DNA of 64,000 nucleotides from Candidatus Fervidifonticultor tertius (GTDB taxonomy: Bacteria; Sysuimicrobiota; Sysuimicrobiia; Sysuimicrobiales; Humicultoraceae). Location of the stretch: assembly GCA_031459235.1 (NCBI GenBank), contig JAVKIY010000005.1, forward strand, positions 6,559-70,558, given 5' to 3'. The notes beneath the pieces are model-generated. The model did not search any database, was not told the origin of the DNA, and was given only the letters and a program-made list of their open reading frames with translations. This document shows, piece after piece, positions 26,386-35,998 of this stretch. Position 1 is the first letter of the stretch. The number at the start of each line of letters is the position of its first letter. Made by a program: the position numbers and the translations under genes.

Positions 26386-28149
26386 TCAGCCGGCCTGGCC
26401 GCCGCCGGCGCCCGCCGCAGAGGGCCCGGCCGGACGTCGCTGCAGCCGCTGCTCGACCGACTCGAGCAGTTCCTGCACGCCGCGCGCCACCTCGCGCCAG
26501 GCGCTGCCGTACTGCCCCATGGTCCGGTACTTCCGGTAACGCCGCTCAACCAGCCGACGCGGAGGCAGCCGCCCCAGCTCCGCGAGCGCGGAGACCACGT
26601 AGCGACGCACCGCGGCCGCGGCCGCGTCGTGGTCGGCGTGCGCGCCGCCGGCCGGCTCCGGGATAATGCCGTCGATGACCCCGAGGCGCAGCAGGTCGGC
26701 CGCGGTGAGCTTGAGAGCCGCGGCCACCTCGGGCGCGCGCGCGGCGTCGCGGTAGAGGATCGCGGCGGCCGCCTCTGGGGAGATGACCGAGTAGAACGCA
26801 TGCTCCAGCATGTACACCCGGTCGGCGAGGCCCAGGGCGAGCGCCCCGCCGCTGCCGCCCTCGCCGATGACCACGGCCACCACGGGCGTCGGGAGCAGGG
26901 CCATTGCCTGGAGGTTGGCCGCCAGTGCCGGCGCGATGCCGCGCAGCTCGGCCTCGTAGCCGGGGTAGGCGCCGGGCGTGTCGATGAGCGTCAGCACCGG
27001 CAGGCCGAACGTGCCCGCGAGCCGCATCAGCCGCAGCGACTCGCGGTAGCCCTCGGGCAGCGGCATGCCCTGGTGGGGACCGCCGGGCCGGTCGGGCCAC
27101 GACCCGCGCTCCTGGCCGATGACGACCACCGGCTGGCCGTCGATCTCGCCGAGCCCGCCGACGATCGAGGGGTCGTCGCCCGACTGGCGGTCGCCGTGGA
27201 GCTCGACGAACGAGGCGACCATCCGCCGGATGTAGGCGAGCGCCGTGGGCCGCTGCGGGTGACGCGCAGCCTGGACGACGTCCCAGGCTTCCGGTGGCTG
27301 CGTCTGCGGCGCACGCGGGAGCCGCTCGGCGGCCAGGTGTCCCCGCGGGCCGCGGCGGAGGTGGCGCAGGAGGTACTGCACGACCTCGCGCAGCCGCCGC
27401 CGGTCGAGCACCAGGTCCACCATGCCACCGGCAAACAGGCGCTCCGCGCGGTGCGAGTCCGGCGGCAGCACCTCGCCGACCGTGGCCTCGATCACGCGCG
27501 GGCCGACGAACCCGACCTGGGCACCCGGTTCCGCGATGAGGATATCTCCCAGCGAGGCGAAGCTCGCGGTCACGCCGCCGAACGTAGGGTGCGCGAGCAC
27601 CGAGACGTACGCCAGCCCGGCCGCGTGGTGGCGCGCGCGCGCGGCCGCGGTCTTGGCCATCTGGACCAACGATAGCATGCCCTCCTGCATGCGCGCGCCG
27701 CCGCTGGCGGTCACCGTCACCACGGGCAGCCGCCGGCGTGTGGCAACCTCGAACGCCTTCGCGATCTTCTCGCCGACGACCGACCCCATGGTGCCGCCCA
27801 GGAACGCGAACTCGAAGACCGCGAGCACCACCGGGAGACCGCCGATGCGCGCCGCTCCGACCACGACCGCCTCGCGCAGGCCCGTGCGGCGGCGCGCCTC
27901 GATCAGGCGCGCGCGGTAGGCGCGCTGGTCCGCGAACCGTAGCGGGTCGGTGGAGATGAGCCCGCGGTCGAACTCGCGGAACGTGCCAGCGTCGACCAGC
28001 GAGGCGATGCGATCGCGCGCCGGCATCCCGAGGTGCGCGCCACAGGCAGGACACACCCACAGGCTCTGGCGCAGCGCGTCCTCCGACGCCTCGGCCCCGC
28101 AGGCCGGGCAACGGTGCACAGCCGGCCCGGCCGACCTAGACCGCGCCAT
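26386..28149 (-). CDS. accDA: Fused carboxyltransferase beta/alpha subunit (AccD-AccA)
   Basis: CPAC...CPAC Zn finger, GGTMGSVVGEK, SGGARMQEG, then ELHGDR, LIDTPGAYPG, GEGGSGGA, SVISPEA. Confidence 0.92.
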   Translation of the reverse strand: MARSRSAGPAVHRCPACGAEASEDALRQSLWVCPACGAHLGMPARDRIASLVDAGTFREFDRGLISTDPLRFADQRAYRARLIEARRRTGLREAVVVGAARIGGLPVVLAVFEFAFLGGTMGSVVGEKIAKAFEVATRRRLPVVTVTASGGARMQEGMLSLVQMAKTAAARARHHAAGLAYVSVLAHPTFGGVTASFASLGDILIAEPGAQVGFVGPRVIEATVGEVLPPDSHRAERLFAGGMVDLVLDRRRLREVVQYLLRHLRRGPRGHLAAERLPRAPQTQPPEAWDVVQAARHPQRPTALAYIRRMVASFVELHGDRQSGDDPSIVGGLGEIDGQPVVVIGQERGSWPDRPGGPHQGMPLPEGYRESLRLMRLAGTFGLPVLTLIDTPGAYPGYEAELRGIAPALAANLQAMALLPTPVVAVVIGEGGSGGALALGLADRVYMLEHAFYSVISPEAAAAILYRDAARAPEVAAALKLTAADLLRLGVIDGIIPEPAGGAHADHDAAAAAVRRYVVSALAELGRLPPRRLVERRYRKYRTMGQYGSAWREVARGVQELLESVEQRLQRRPAGPSAAGAGGGQAG

Positions 28150-29326
28150 CGCGGTGCATCGCGGCGATCGCCGCGTCGTCGAAACCGCATTCGCGCAGGA
28201 TCGCGTCGGTGTGCTGACCCAGCACGGGTGGCGGCGCGGCGACGCGGCCCGGCGTCTCGGACAGCTTCACGGGCACACCGGTCTGCCGGATGCGGCCCGC
28301 GCGCGGGTGGTCGACCTCCACCACCATCCCGCGGTGACGCACCTGCGCATCCGCGAACAGGTCGGCCATCAGGTAGATGGGGCCAGCGGGCACGCCGGCC
28401 GCCTCGAGGGCGCGCGTCCACTCCGCGGTCGTCCGCGACGCGAAGAGCTCCTCGAGCAGCGCCACCAGCGCGTCGCGGTGGGCCACCCGGTCAGCGTTGG
28501 TACGGAACCGGGCGTCCGCGGCCAGGTGGGGCGCGCCGACGGCCTGGGTGAAGCGGCTCCAGATCGCCTCGCTGCCGACGGCCACGTTGACGTAGCCATC
28601 GCGCGTGCGGAACGCCTGGTAGGGCACCAGCGAGGGATGCGCGCTGCCCAGCCGCCGCGGGTTCTCACCGGTCGCGAAGTAGTGCCCGGCCTGGTAGGTC
28701 ATCCAGCCTACCTGGGCGTCGAGCATGGCGGCGTCCACGTGCTGGCCGCGGCCCGTCCGGGCGCGCACGTGCAGCGCCACCATGATGCCGAAGGCCGCGA
28801 ACATGCCCGCGGCGATGTCGGTCACCGCCACCCCCACCTTCACGGGTGGCCGGCCCTCCTCCCCGGTCGTCCCCATCAGTCCGCCCATGCCCTGGACGAT
28901 CAGATCGTAGGCGACGCGCTCGCGGTAGGGCCCGTCCTGGCCGAACCCCGAGATGGACGCGTACACCAGCCGCGGATAGGCGGCGGCCACCGCCGCGTAG
29001 CCGAAGCCGAGCCGGTCCATGATACCCGGCCGGAAGTTCTCGACCAGGACGTCGGCGCGGGCGAGCAGCCGCCGCAGCACCTCCTGGCCCGCCGGGTGCT
29101 TGAGGTTGAGGGTAAGGCTCTCCTTGTTGCGGTTCACCCCGAGGAAGTACGCGCTCTCGCCGCCCACGAACGGCGGGCCCCAGCCGCGGGTGTCGTCGCC
29201 GCCGTCGGGGCTCTCCACCTTGATGACGCGCGCCCCCATGTCGCCGAGCATGGTGGTGCAGTAGGGCCCGGCGAGCGCGCGGGTGAGGTCGAGGACCAGC
29301 AGGTCGCCCAGCGGACCGTCGCGCAT
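28136..29326 (-). CDS. CaiB/BaiF family III CoA-transferase
   Basis: VLDLTRALAGPYC, GARVIKVE, NRNKESL, ENFRPG, VTDIAAG. Confidence 0.95.
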   Translation of the reverse strand: MRDGPLGDLLVLDLTRALAGPYCTTMLGDMGARVIKVESPDGGDDTRGWGPPFVGGESAYFLGVNRNKESLTLNLKHPAGQEVLRRLLARADVLVENFRPGIMDRLGFGYAAVAAAYPRLVYASISGFGQDGPYRERVAYDLIVQGMGGLMGTTGEEGRPPVKVGVAVTDIAAGMFAAFGIMVALHVRARTGRGQHVDAAMLDAQVGWMTYQAGHYFATGENPRRLGSAHPSLVPYQAFRTRDGYVNVAVGSEAIWSRFTQAVGAPHLAADARFRTNADRVAHRDALVALLEELFASRTTAEWTRALEAAGVPAGPIYLMADLFADAQVRHRGMVVEVDHPRAGRIRQTGVPVKLSETPGRVAAPPPVLGQHTDAILRECGFDDAAIAAMHRDGAV

Positions 29327-29344
29327 GCTCAGAGGCCCGGGGGC

Positions 29345-30175
29345 CTACGCCTCCACGAACGCGACGAGCCGGCAGAACGCCGCCTCGCCGCCCTTGAACC
29401 GGAACGGGAAGCAACCAACCCAGACCCTCTGGTCGAGCACCAGGTCGATATCCCCGCCGACGTTCTCCACGTGGAAGACGCCCCGGGGGAACAGCTTCGT
29501 GTGGGTCGCCTGGTAGTCGCGCGGCCAGGGGAACGCCTCGTCCATGGACATGCCGATCTTCCGCTCGACCTCGGGGATCAGGTCACGCCGCGCGTCGCGC
29601 ACCTTGGTGTTGAAGGGATGGTCGGTGGAAATGGCGTCGACCGCCATCCACCGGATGCCCCGGTCCAGCACCCAGTCGCAGAACTCGGCGCGCGGGCCGG
29701 GGTGCCGGAGGAACGAGCGAGGCAGGTCGGGCCCGGCGTCGCGGTGCCGCCCCCTCGTGGCCTCGGACCAGTCCTCGTTGTAGTACGCGTGGTAGCCGGT
29801 GTGAATGACCAGGATGTCGCCGCGCTCGATCCGGATGCCGTGCGTCTTCTCCCATTGTTCGAAATGCTGCGGGCCGTAGATGTCGTAGTCGCCGATCCCG
29901 AACGGCTGCAGGTCCACGACGCACGCCGGGCCGACCAGGGTGGCGATCGGGATGCCCGCGACGTCGGGGCCGGGGTCGTTGAAGTGCAGCGGTGCGTCCA
30001 GATGCGTGGCGATGTGGTTGGTGCTGCTGATGTGCTGGGCGTTGACGCCCTCGAAGGCCATCTTCTTGACCCACTTGACGGTCGGACCCTCGTAGTAGGC
30101 GAACGGCGGCGAGTCCACGCTGAAGTTCTGCGAGAGGTCGAGCACGCGGCAGCGGGACAGGTCGAACGGCTTCAT
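29345..30175 (-). CDS. Cyclase-family (kynurenine formamidase-like) metal amidohydrolase
   Basis: HIATHLDAPLH (HxxTHxDxPxH), GDILVIHTG, VDAISTDHP, HVEN, KGGEAAFCR. Confidence 0.9.
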   Translation of the reverse strand: MKPFDLSRCRVLDLSQNFSVDSPPFAYYEGPTVKWVKKMAFEGVNAQHISSTNHIATHLDAPLHFNDPGPDVAGIPIATLVGPACVVDLQPFGIGDYDIYGPQHFEQWEKTHGIRIERGDILVIHTGYHAYYNEDWSEATRGRHRDAGPDLPRSFLRHPGPRAEFCDWVLDRGIRWMAVDAISTDHPFNTKVRDARRDLIPEVERKIGMSMDEAFPWPRDYQATHTKLFPRGVFHVENVGGDIDLVLDQRVWVGCFPFRFKGGEAAFCRLVAFVEA

Positions 30176-30322
30176 GCAGGCTCCTCCTCGGGCGGATCGA
30201 TCTGGTGGGGACTAGCTTCGGCGCCGCGCCGGCGGTGCCTGCGTGCCGCCGGTGGCGGCGCGGCGACCGCACAGGCGGCCCTCGGGCTGTGGCGGGCGCG
30301 GCGCGCCTGACGCCGCACAGAA

Positions 30323-31348
30323 CTAGCCGGGGACGAACGCCTCGTGCGTGGTCGAGGGGCGGCTGCCGCCGACGGTGAGCCCGCCGCCGGGGATGTAGAT
30401 CGTCCCGCCCACGGCCGCGGCCCCGGTACCGTGGCGCGGCGTGGGCATCGGCGGCAGCGCCGCCCACCCGTCGGCGCGGGGATCGTAGACCTCGGCCTCC
30501 TGGAAGACGCGGCCGGTCTCCTCGCCGCCGAACACGTACGCCCGGCCGCCCAGGGCCGCGGCCGCGGCGCCGCTGCGGGGCGTGGGCAGCGGCGCCCGCT
30601 CCTGCCACCGGTCGGCCGCGGGATCGTAGGCGTGGTGGCGCCCGGTGTTGTTCGCGAAGGTGTTGAACCGGCCGCCGATCGCGTGGATGCGGCCGTCGAG
30701 GACGACGAGCGCGATGTGGTCGCGGCCGTCGGGCAGCGGCGCCCGCGCGCTCCAGGTGTCGGCCGCTGGGTCGTAGACCTCGTGCGTGCCCACGCTGGTG
30801 ACATCCCGACCGCCGACGACGTGGAGCCGGCCACCCACCTCGGCGACCGACATCGCGCCGCGCTTGGCGGGCAGCGGGGCGATCTCGCGCCAGGCGTTCG
30901 CCGCCACGTCGTAGACGAAGCAGTTGGCGATCGCGGTGCGGTTCTGCTCGATGAACCCGCCGAACGCGTAGATGCGGCCGTTGAACCCGACCACGCCCAC
31001 GTGGTTGAGGCCCCGCGGCATCGGGGCGAGCGTGCGCCAGGCATCGGTGGCCGGGTCGTAAACCTGATTGAGCGGCTGATCGACGCGGCCCTCGGCGTAG
31101 CCTCCGAGCACGTAGACCTTGCCGTCGAGGACGGCGACGCTGATCTCGGTACGCGCAAGCGGCAGCGCGGCCCGCGTGATCCACCGGCCGCCCCCGGTCT
31201 GCGCCACGCGCGGCGCCCCGGCCGGGGACGCCTGCGTCACACGGGCGAGCGTCCCGGCCGCGGCGGCCCATCCGAGCGCCGCGGCGCCCGCGACGAACGC
31301 GCGGCGGGTGATCCCATCGGCTGCGGTGTGGCGGCGGGTTTGCGACAT
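30323..31348 (-). CDS. TAT-exported Kelch-repeat beta-propeller protein
   Basis: ITRRAFVAG signal followed by six Kelch units (G.IY..GG...YDP..D.W...APLP..R). Confidence 0.9.
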   Translation of the reverse strand: MSQTRRHTAADGITRRAFVAGAAALGWAAAAGTLARVTQASPAGAPRVAQTGGGRWITRAALPLARTEISVAVLDGKVYVLGGYAEGRVDQPLNQVYDPATDAWRTLAPMPRGLNHVGVVGFNGRIYAFGGFIEQNRTAIANCFVYDVAANAWREIAPLPAKRGAMSVAEVGGRLHVVGGRDVTSVGTHEVYDPAADTWSARAPLPDGRDHIALVVLDGRIHAIGGRFNTFANNTGRHHAYDPAADRWQERAPLPTPRSGAAAAALGGRAYVFGGEETGRVFQEAEVYDPRADGWAALPPMPTPRHGTGAAAVGGTIYIPGGGLTVGGSRPSTTHEAFVPG

Positions 31349-31385
31349 CTCCCCCTCCTGGCCGGCTGGTGCACCACGACCCTCG

Positions 31386-31410
31386 TACGCAGGGGGCGCC
31401 CGGCCGGTTC
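31386..31410 (-). promoter_or_regulatory. Putative ECF-sigma promoter GAACC-N16-CGTA
   Basis: Lies upstream of the Kelch gene with the same spacing as the motif at 46545-46570. Confidence 0.45.
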
Positions 31411-31502
31411 GCGCGCCCGGGAGATGCGGGCCACACGCGCCGTTCGGCCCGGCCCGGGCAGGGAAAGGCGCGGGTGGAGCGTAATCTCCCTGCGACCCCA
31501 CG

Positions 31503-32771
31503 ATGGACCTCATCATCAGACGGGCGGCGACCCTGGCCCACCCCGGGCCCGTGGACATCGGGATCGACGGCGGGCGCATCGTCCGCCTCGCCCCGGCGCT
31601 GCCCGACCGCGCCGCCGAGGAGATCGACGCCGACGGACGCCTGGTCACCCCCGGGCTGGTCGAGCCGCACATCCACCTGGACGCCGCCCTCACCGCGGGC
31701 GAGCCGCGGTACAATGCGACGGGCTCGCTGTTCGAGGGGATCGAGATCTGGGGCGAGCGCGTCCGCTCGCTGACCCGCGACGACGTCCGGCGCCGCGCCC
31801 ACGAGGCGATCACCTGGATGCTGGCCTGCGGGGTCACCCACATCCGCACCCACGTGGACGTCTGCGACCCGTCGCTCGTGGCGTTGCGCGCGCTGGTCGA
31901 GGTCCGGGACGCGTGGCGGGGCGTGGTCGGCATCCAGATCGTCGCGTTCCCCCAGCAGGGCATCTACTCGTTCCCCGACGGCGAGGCGCTCCTCGTCGAG
32001 GCCCTGGGGCTGGGCGCCGACGTGGTGGGCGGCATCCCGCACTACGAGTGGACCCGCGAGTATGGCGAGCGGGACGTTCGCACCGCGCTGCGGCTGGCCG
32101 CCGAGCACGATCGGCGGGCCGACCTGCATTGCGACGAGACCGACGACGACCAGAGCCGGTACCTCGAGCTGGTGGCTGCCGAGACGATCCGCCTGGGGCT
32201 CCAGGGCCGGGTGACCGCGAGCCACACCACCGCGATGCACTCGTACAACAACGCCTACGCCTACCGGCTCATCCGGTGGATGCGCCACGCCGGGGTCCAC
32301 ATCGTCACCAACCCCCTGGACAACGCCGTGCTCCAGGGCCGCTTCGACGGCTACCCGGTGCGGCGCGGCTATACGCGCGTGCGCGAGTTGCTGGCGGCCG
32401 GCATCAACGTCTGCATCGGCCATGACTCGATCATGGACCCGTGGTACCCGCTGGGGGTCGGCGACCCGATCCAGGCCTGCTTCGTGATGGTGCACTACGG
32501 CCACATGTCGGCGCACGCCGACTTCACCACGCTGCTCGAGATGGTCACCACCCGCGCCGCGGCCGCGCTCGGGCTCGCGGACTACGGCCTGGCGGAGGGG
32601 TGCCGGGCGGACCTGGTGGTCTTCGACGCGCCCACGGCCATGGACGCCATCCGGCGGCTGGCACCGCGGGTAGCGGTCATCGCGGGCGGCCGCGTGGTGG
32701 CCCGCACGACGCCCGCGCGCACAGAGGTCCTCGCCGGCGGGGAGCGCCGGACGGTGACGTTCCAGCGATGA
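31503..32771 (+). CDS. codA: Cytosine deaminase
   Basis: EPHIHLD, QIVAFPQ, GGIPHYE, LHCDETDD, ASHTTAMHSY, GHDSIMDPWYPLG match bacterial CodA. Confidence 0.9.
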   Translation: MDLIIRRAATLAHPGPVDIGIDGGRIVRLAPALPDRAAEEIDADGRLVTPGLVEPHIHLDAALTAGEPRYNATGSLFEGIEIWGERVRSLTRDDVRRRAHEAITWMLACGVTHIRTHVDVCDPSLVALRALVEVRDAWRGVVGIQIVAFPQQGIYSFPDGEALLVEALGLGADVVGGIPHYEWTREYGERDVRTALRLAAEHDRRADLHCDETDDDQSRYLELVAAETIRLGLQGRVTASHTTAMHSYNNAYAYRLIRWMRHAGVHIVTNPLDNAVLQGRFDGYPVRRGYTRVRELLAAGINVCIGHDSIMDPWYPLGVGDPIQACFVMVHYGHMSAHADFTTLLEMVTTRAAAALGLADYGLAEGCRADLVVFDAPTAMDAIRRLAPRVAVIAGGRVVARTTPARTEVLAGGERRTVTFQR

Positions 32772-33586
32772 GCGCGGACGCCGCGCCGGCCCGGCCCGCC
32801 GCGCGCCCCGGCCCGCGGGTGCGGCTCCCGGTCGCGGAGCTGCGCTCCTGGGCGATCTTCGGTGCGCTCGCCGTGGCCGCGTGGGAGGCGGCCTCCCGAC
32901 TGTACGGGCAGCCCTACCTGCTGCCCGCGCCGTCGGCGATCGCCGCGGAGTTCCGCGAGCACTGGCCGCTGGTGCTCGGCTACGCGGCGATCACCAGCCA
33001 GGAGATCGTCGTCGGGTTCCTGGCGGGCGCCCTGGCGGCCCTGCTGTGCGCGATGGTGTTCCTGCGGCTCCCGCGCCTGGTCGAAGACTTCCTCTACCGG
33101 GTGATCGTCACGCTCAACAGCACGCCCTTCGTCGCGCTGGCTTCGCTGGCGGTGGTGTGGTTCGGGCTGGGGCTGCAGAGCAAGATCGTCATCGCGGGCA
33201 TGTACACGTTCTTCGCGGTCCTCTACACGACGCACAAAGAGTTCATCTCGGTCGAGGTCATCCGCGAGCAGTTGATGGACATCTACAACGCGACCTGGTG
33301 GCAGCGGATCTTCCTGCTCAAGATCCCCTCGGCGCTGCCCATCATCTTCGTGAGCCTCAAGGGCGGGGTCATGGCCGCCGTGAATGGCGCGATCGTCGGC
33401 GAGCTCTTCGGCGCGTTCGAAGGGCTCGGCTACATGATCCTGGACTCGCGGTACGTGGGCAACACTGTGCGGGTGTTCCTGGCCGCGGTCTTCTGCACCG
33501 CTATCGGGTGGCTGCTCCTCGGCGCCGTCACGCTCGCCGAGCGCCTGCTGCTGCCCTGGCACGTGAGCATGGCCGGGCGCCGGTAG
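32768..33586 (+). CDS. NitT/TauT-family ABC permease
   Basis: LLPAPSAI, VWFGLG, IPSALP, GAIVGEL..GLGY. ATGA overlap with codA. Confidence 0.9.
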   Translation: MSADAAPARPAARPGPRVRLPVAELRSWAIFGALAVAAWEAASRLYGQPYLLPAPSAIAAEFREHWPLVLGYAAITSQEIVVGFLAGALAALLCAMVFLRLPRLVEDFLYRVIVTLNSTPFVALASLAVVWFGLGLQSKIVIAGMYTFFAVLYTTHKEFISVEVIREQLMDIYNATWWQRIFLLKIPSALPIIFVSLKGGVMAAVNGAIVGELFGAFEGLGYMILDSRYVGNTVRVFLAAVFCTAIGWLLLGAVTLAERLLLPWHVSMAGRR

Positions 33587-33672
33587 CGCCCGGCGCGAGA
33601 GGAGGACGGAGGCCCAGGGGCGCTGCCCGGCCAGCAGTACGGTTCCACCAGACGCACGAGGGGGGAGACGCG

Positions 33673-34671
33673 ATGCGCATCGCACTGCGAATGGCCGCCC
33701 TGCTCGCCGCGGTCGTGCTGGCCAGCGCCGGGACGCTGGCGGCGCAGGGCCTAACGAAGGTCACGATCATCGAGGCGTGGTTCATCCACAACGAGTCCAT
33801 GGGCGATCCGGTCGCCGTGGAGAAGGGGTTCTACCGGAACCTGGGGCTCGACGTCCGCGTCGTCGGCGGCGGCCCGGGGCTCTCTCCGATCGACCGCGTG
33901 ATGGCCGAGTCCAAGAAGGGCACGATCGTCTTCGGCGTGGACTACCCTTACAACATCCTCGACGCGCGGGAGAAGCAGCGACTCCCGCTGGTCGTCGTGG
34001 CGCACGACTTCCAGCGCTCCGCGGTGCGGCTCTTGTCGTGGAAGGAGCTGCGGGGCCCGCGCGATGTGGAGGGCACGGTGGCCACCTGGATCGGATACGA
34101 CAAGCAGATCAAGGCGGCGATCGGTCCGGACTGGGAGCGCCGCATCCGAGTCGTCAACCAGCAGGGCGACCCGGCCACCATCGGCTCCTGGCTGAAGAAG
34201 GACTACCAGTTCGCGCACGCGATGATCTACAACGAGGTGCTGGTCGCCAAGCGCACCGCCAAGGAGCGGTACTACGTCTACGACTTCCCGTCCTGGGGGA
34301 TCGACTGGCCGGAGAACGTCGTCTTCACCACCGAGGAGATCGTCCAGAAGCACCCGCAGGTCGTGCAGGCCTTCGTGACCGGCCGCTACCAGGGCTACAA
34401 GTACGCGCTGGCTAACCGGCAGGAGACCGTGCGGATCCTGGTCCAGTACAACAGCAATCTCAAGGGCGGCGAGGCGCACGAGCTCGAGGGCATGGACGGC
34501 ATCGCCTCGATCATGGTGACCGACACCTCGCGGCGCCACGGGCTGGGGTACGTGGACCCGGCCGGCTGGCAGCGCGTGGGCCGCGACATGCAGCGAGCGG
34601 GCTTCTACCGCACGATGCCGAACGTCACCGCGGCCTACTCCACCCGGTTCCCGAGCAAGGTGATGCCGTAG
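33673..34671 (+). CDS. NMT1/THI5-like ABC substrate-binding protein
   Basis: Signal peptide, W......VAVEKGFY..LGLDV....GGP, AMIYNE. Lies in the codA operon. Confidence 0.85.
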   Translation: MRIALRMAALLAAVVLASAGTLAAQGLTKVTIIEAWFIHNESMGDPVAVEKGFYRNLGLDVRVVGGGPGLSPIDRVMAESKKGTIVFGVDYPYNILDAREKQRLPLVVVAHDFQRSAVRLLSWKELRGPRDVEGTVATWIGYDKQIKAAIGPDWERRIRVVNQQGDPATIGSWLKKDYQFAHAMIYNEVLVAKRTAKERYYVYDFPSWGIDWPENVVFTTEEIVQKHPQVVQAFVTGRYQGYKYALANRQETVRILVQYNSNLKGGEAHELEGMDGIASIMVTDTSRRHGLGYVDPAGWQRVGRDMQRAGFYRTMPNVTAAYSTRFPSKVMP

Positions 34672-34679
34672 GCACCGCC

Positions 34680-34712
34680 CGGGCGGGGGCGGCGGGCCGC
34701 CGCCCCCGCCCG
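34680..34712 (+). other. Strong GC stem-loop between the SBP and ATPase genes (mRNA stabiliser/attenuator)
   Basis: GGGCGGGGGCGGCGG (34681-34695) is the exact reverse complement of 34697-34711. No U-tract follows. Confidence 0.65.
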
Positions 34713-34729
34713 CCGCGGGTGTTCGCCCC

Positions 34730-35581
34730 ATGACCGCCGCCGTGACCGCGCCGATCATCCGGCTGGAGGCCGTTTCGAAGACCTACGACCTGCCCCGCGC
34801 CGGCGCGCGCGGCGCCGCCGACCGCGCGCTCAACGTCGTCTACGACCTCTCGCTGGACGTCCAACCGCGGGAGTTCGTCTCGATCGTGGGGCCCTCGGGG
34901 TGCGGCAAGACCACCGCGCTGTTCATGCTGGCCGGGCTGCGCGAGGCCAGCGCGGGCCGCATCGAGGTCTGCGGCCGGCCGCCGCGGGAGGCTGTACGCG
35001 CGGGGCTCTCGAGCGTGATCTTCCAGCAGCCGGTGCTGTTCGAGTGGCTCACGGCCGAGGAGAACGTGCTGCTGCCGCTGCGCATGCGCGACGCCCGCTG
35101 GTGGGCCTGGCCCGCGCGCCGGGGTCGCTACCTGGCCGCGGCGCGGCGCGCGCTCGAGACCGTCGAACTCTCCGGGTTCGAACACTACTACCCGGACGCG
35201 CTGTCGGGCGGCATGCAGCAGCGCGTGGCGATCGCCCGCGCGCTCACGCTCGACCCCCAGGTGCTGCTCATGGACGAGCCTTTCGGCGCGCTGGACGAGA
35301 TCACGCGCGACCGCATGAACCTGGAGCTGATCCGTCTGGCCGAGGCCCGCGGGCTCACCATCGTGTTCGTCACGCACTCGATCGAGGAGGCGGTCTTCCT
35401 CTCGGACCGTGTGGTCGTCATGAGCCGCGGGCCGTCGCCGGCCACGGGATCGAGCGTGGTGCGGGTGCTCGACGTCGGACTGCCCCACCCGCGGCAGCTC
35501 GCCCTCAAAGAGGAGCCGGCGTTCTTCCAGAAGGTGCGCGAGGGCCGCGAGGCGCTGCGCCAGACGCAGGGCGTGGCCTGA
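34730..35581 (+). CDS. NitT/TauT-family ABC ATPase
   Basis: GPSGCGKT, LSGGMQQR, LLMDEPFGALD, VTHSIEEA. Confidence 0.95.
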   Translation: MTAAVTAPIIRLEAVSKTYDLPRAGARGAADRALNVVYDLSLDVQPREFVSIVGPSGCGKTTALFMLAGLREASAGRIEVCGRPPREAVRAGLSSVIFQQPVLFEWLTAEENVLLPLRMRDARWWAWPARRGRYLAAARRALETVELSGFEHYYPDALSGGMQQRVAIARALTLDPQVLLMDEPFGALDEITRDRMNLELIRLAEARGLTIVFVTHSIEEAVFLSDRVVVMSRGPSPATGSSVVRVLDVGLPHPRQLALKEEPAFFQKVREGREALRQTQGVA

Positions 35582-35859
35582 AGCCGCGCAGGCGCCCCTC
35601 TTCCTCGACCTCCAGCACCATCTCGATCTCGACCGCGATGTTCTGCGGTAGCGAGCCCGTCCCCACCGCCGAGCGCGCGTGCCGCCCGCCTCCCCGTAGA
35701 GCGCGACCAGCAGGTCCGCGGCGCCGTTGATCACCTGCGGCTGCTGCGCGAACTCGGGGTGCAGTGCACCATGCCGAGGAGCTTGACGACGCGCCGGACC
35801 CGGTCCAGGTCGCCGATCGCCTCCTTCACCGAGGCCAGGCAGTTGAGTGTTCCCACCAT
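35582..35859 (-). pseudogene. Degraded RidA/YjgF-family gene (5'-truncated, two frameshifts)
   Basis: Three frames join as LNCLASVKEAIGDLDRVRRVVKLLGMVHC / PEFAQQPQVINGAADLLVALYGEAG / RHARSAVGTGSLPQNIAVEIEMVLEV. Confidence 0.85.
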
Positions 35860-35998
35860 CCTCTCGGTCTCGCCCCGGGGGCGGCCTCTTCCCCATCAGG
35901 CCCACCGGGGGTAATCTCTTGCCCAGATGGGCCGTTGCTACGCTGGTGCCTCCGCGACGCCACGGAGCCTCGCCGCATCGAGGAAGGAGTGGCCTGAC

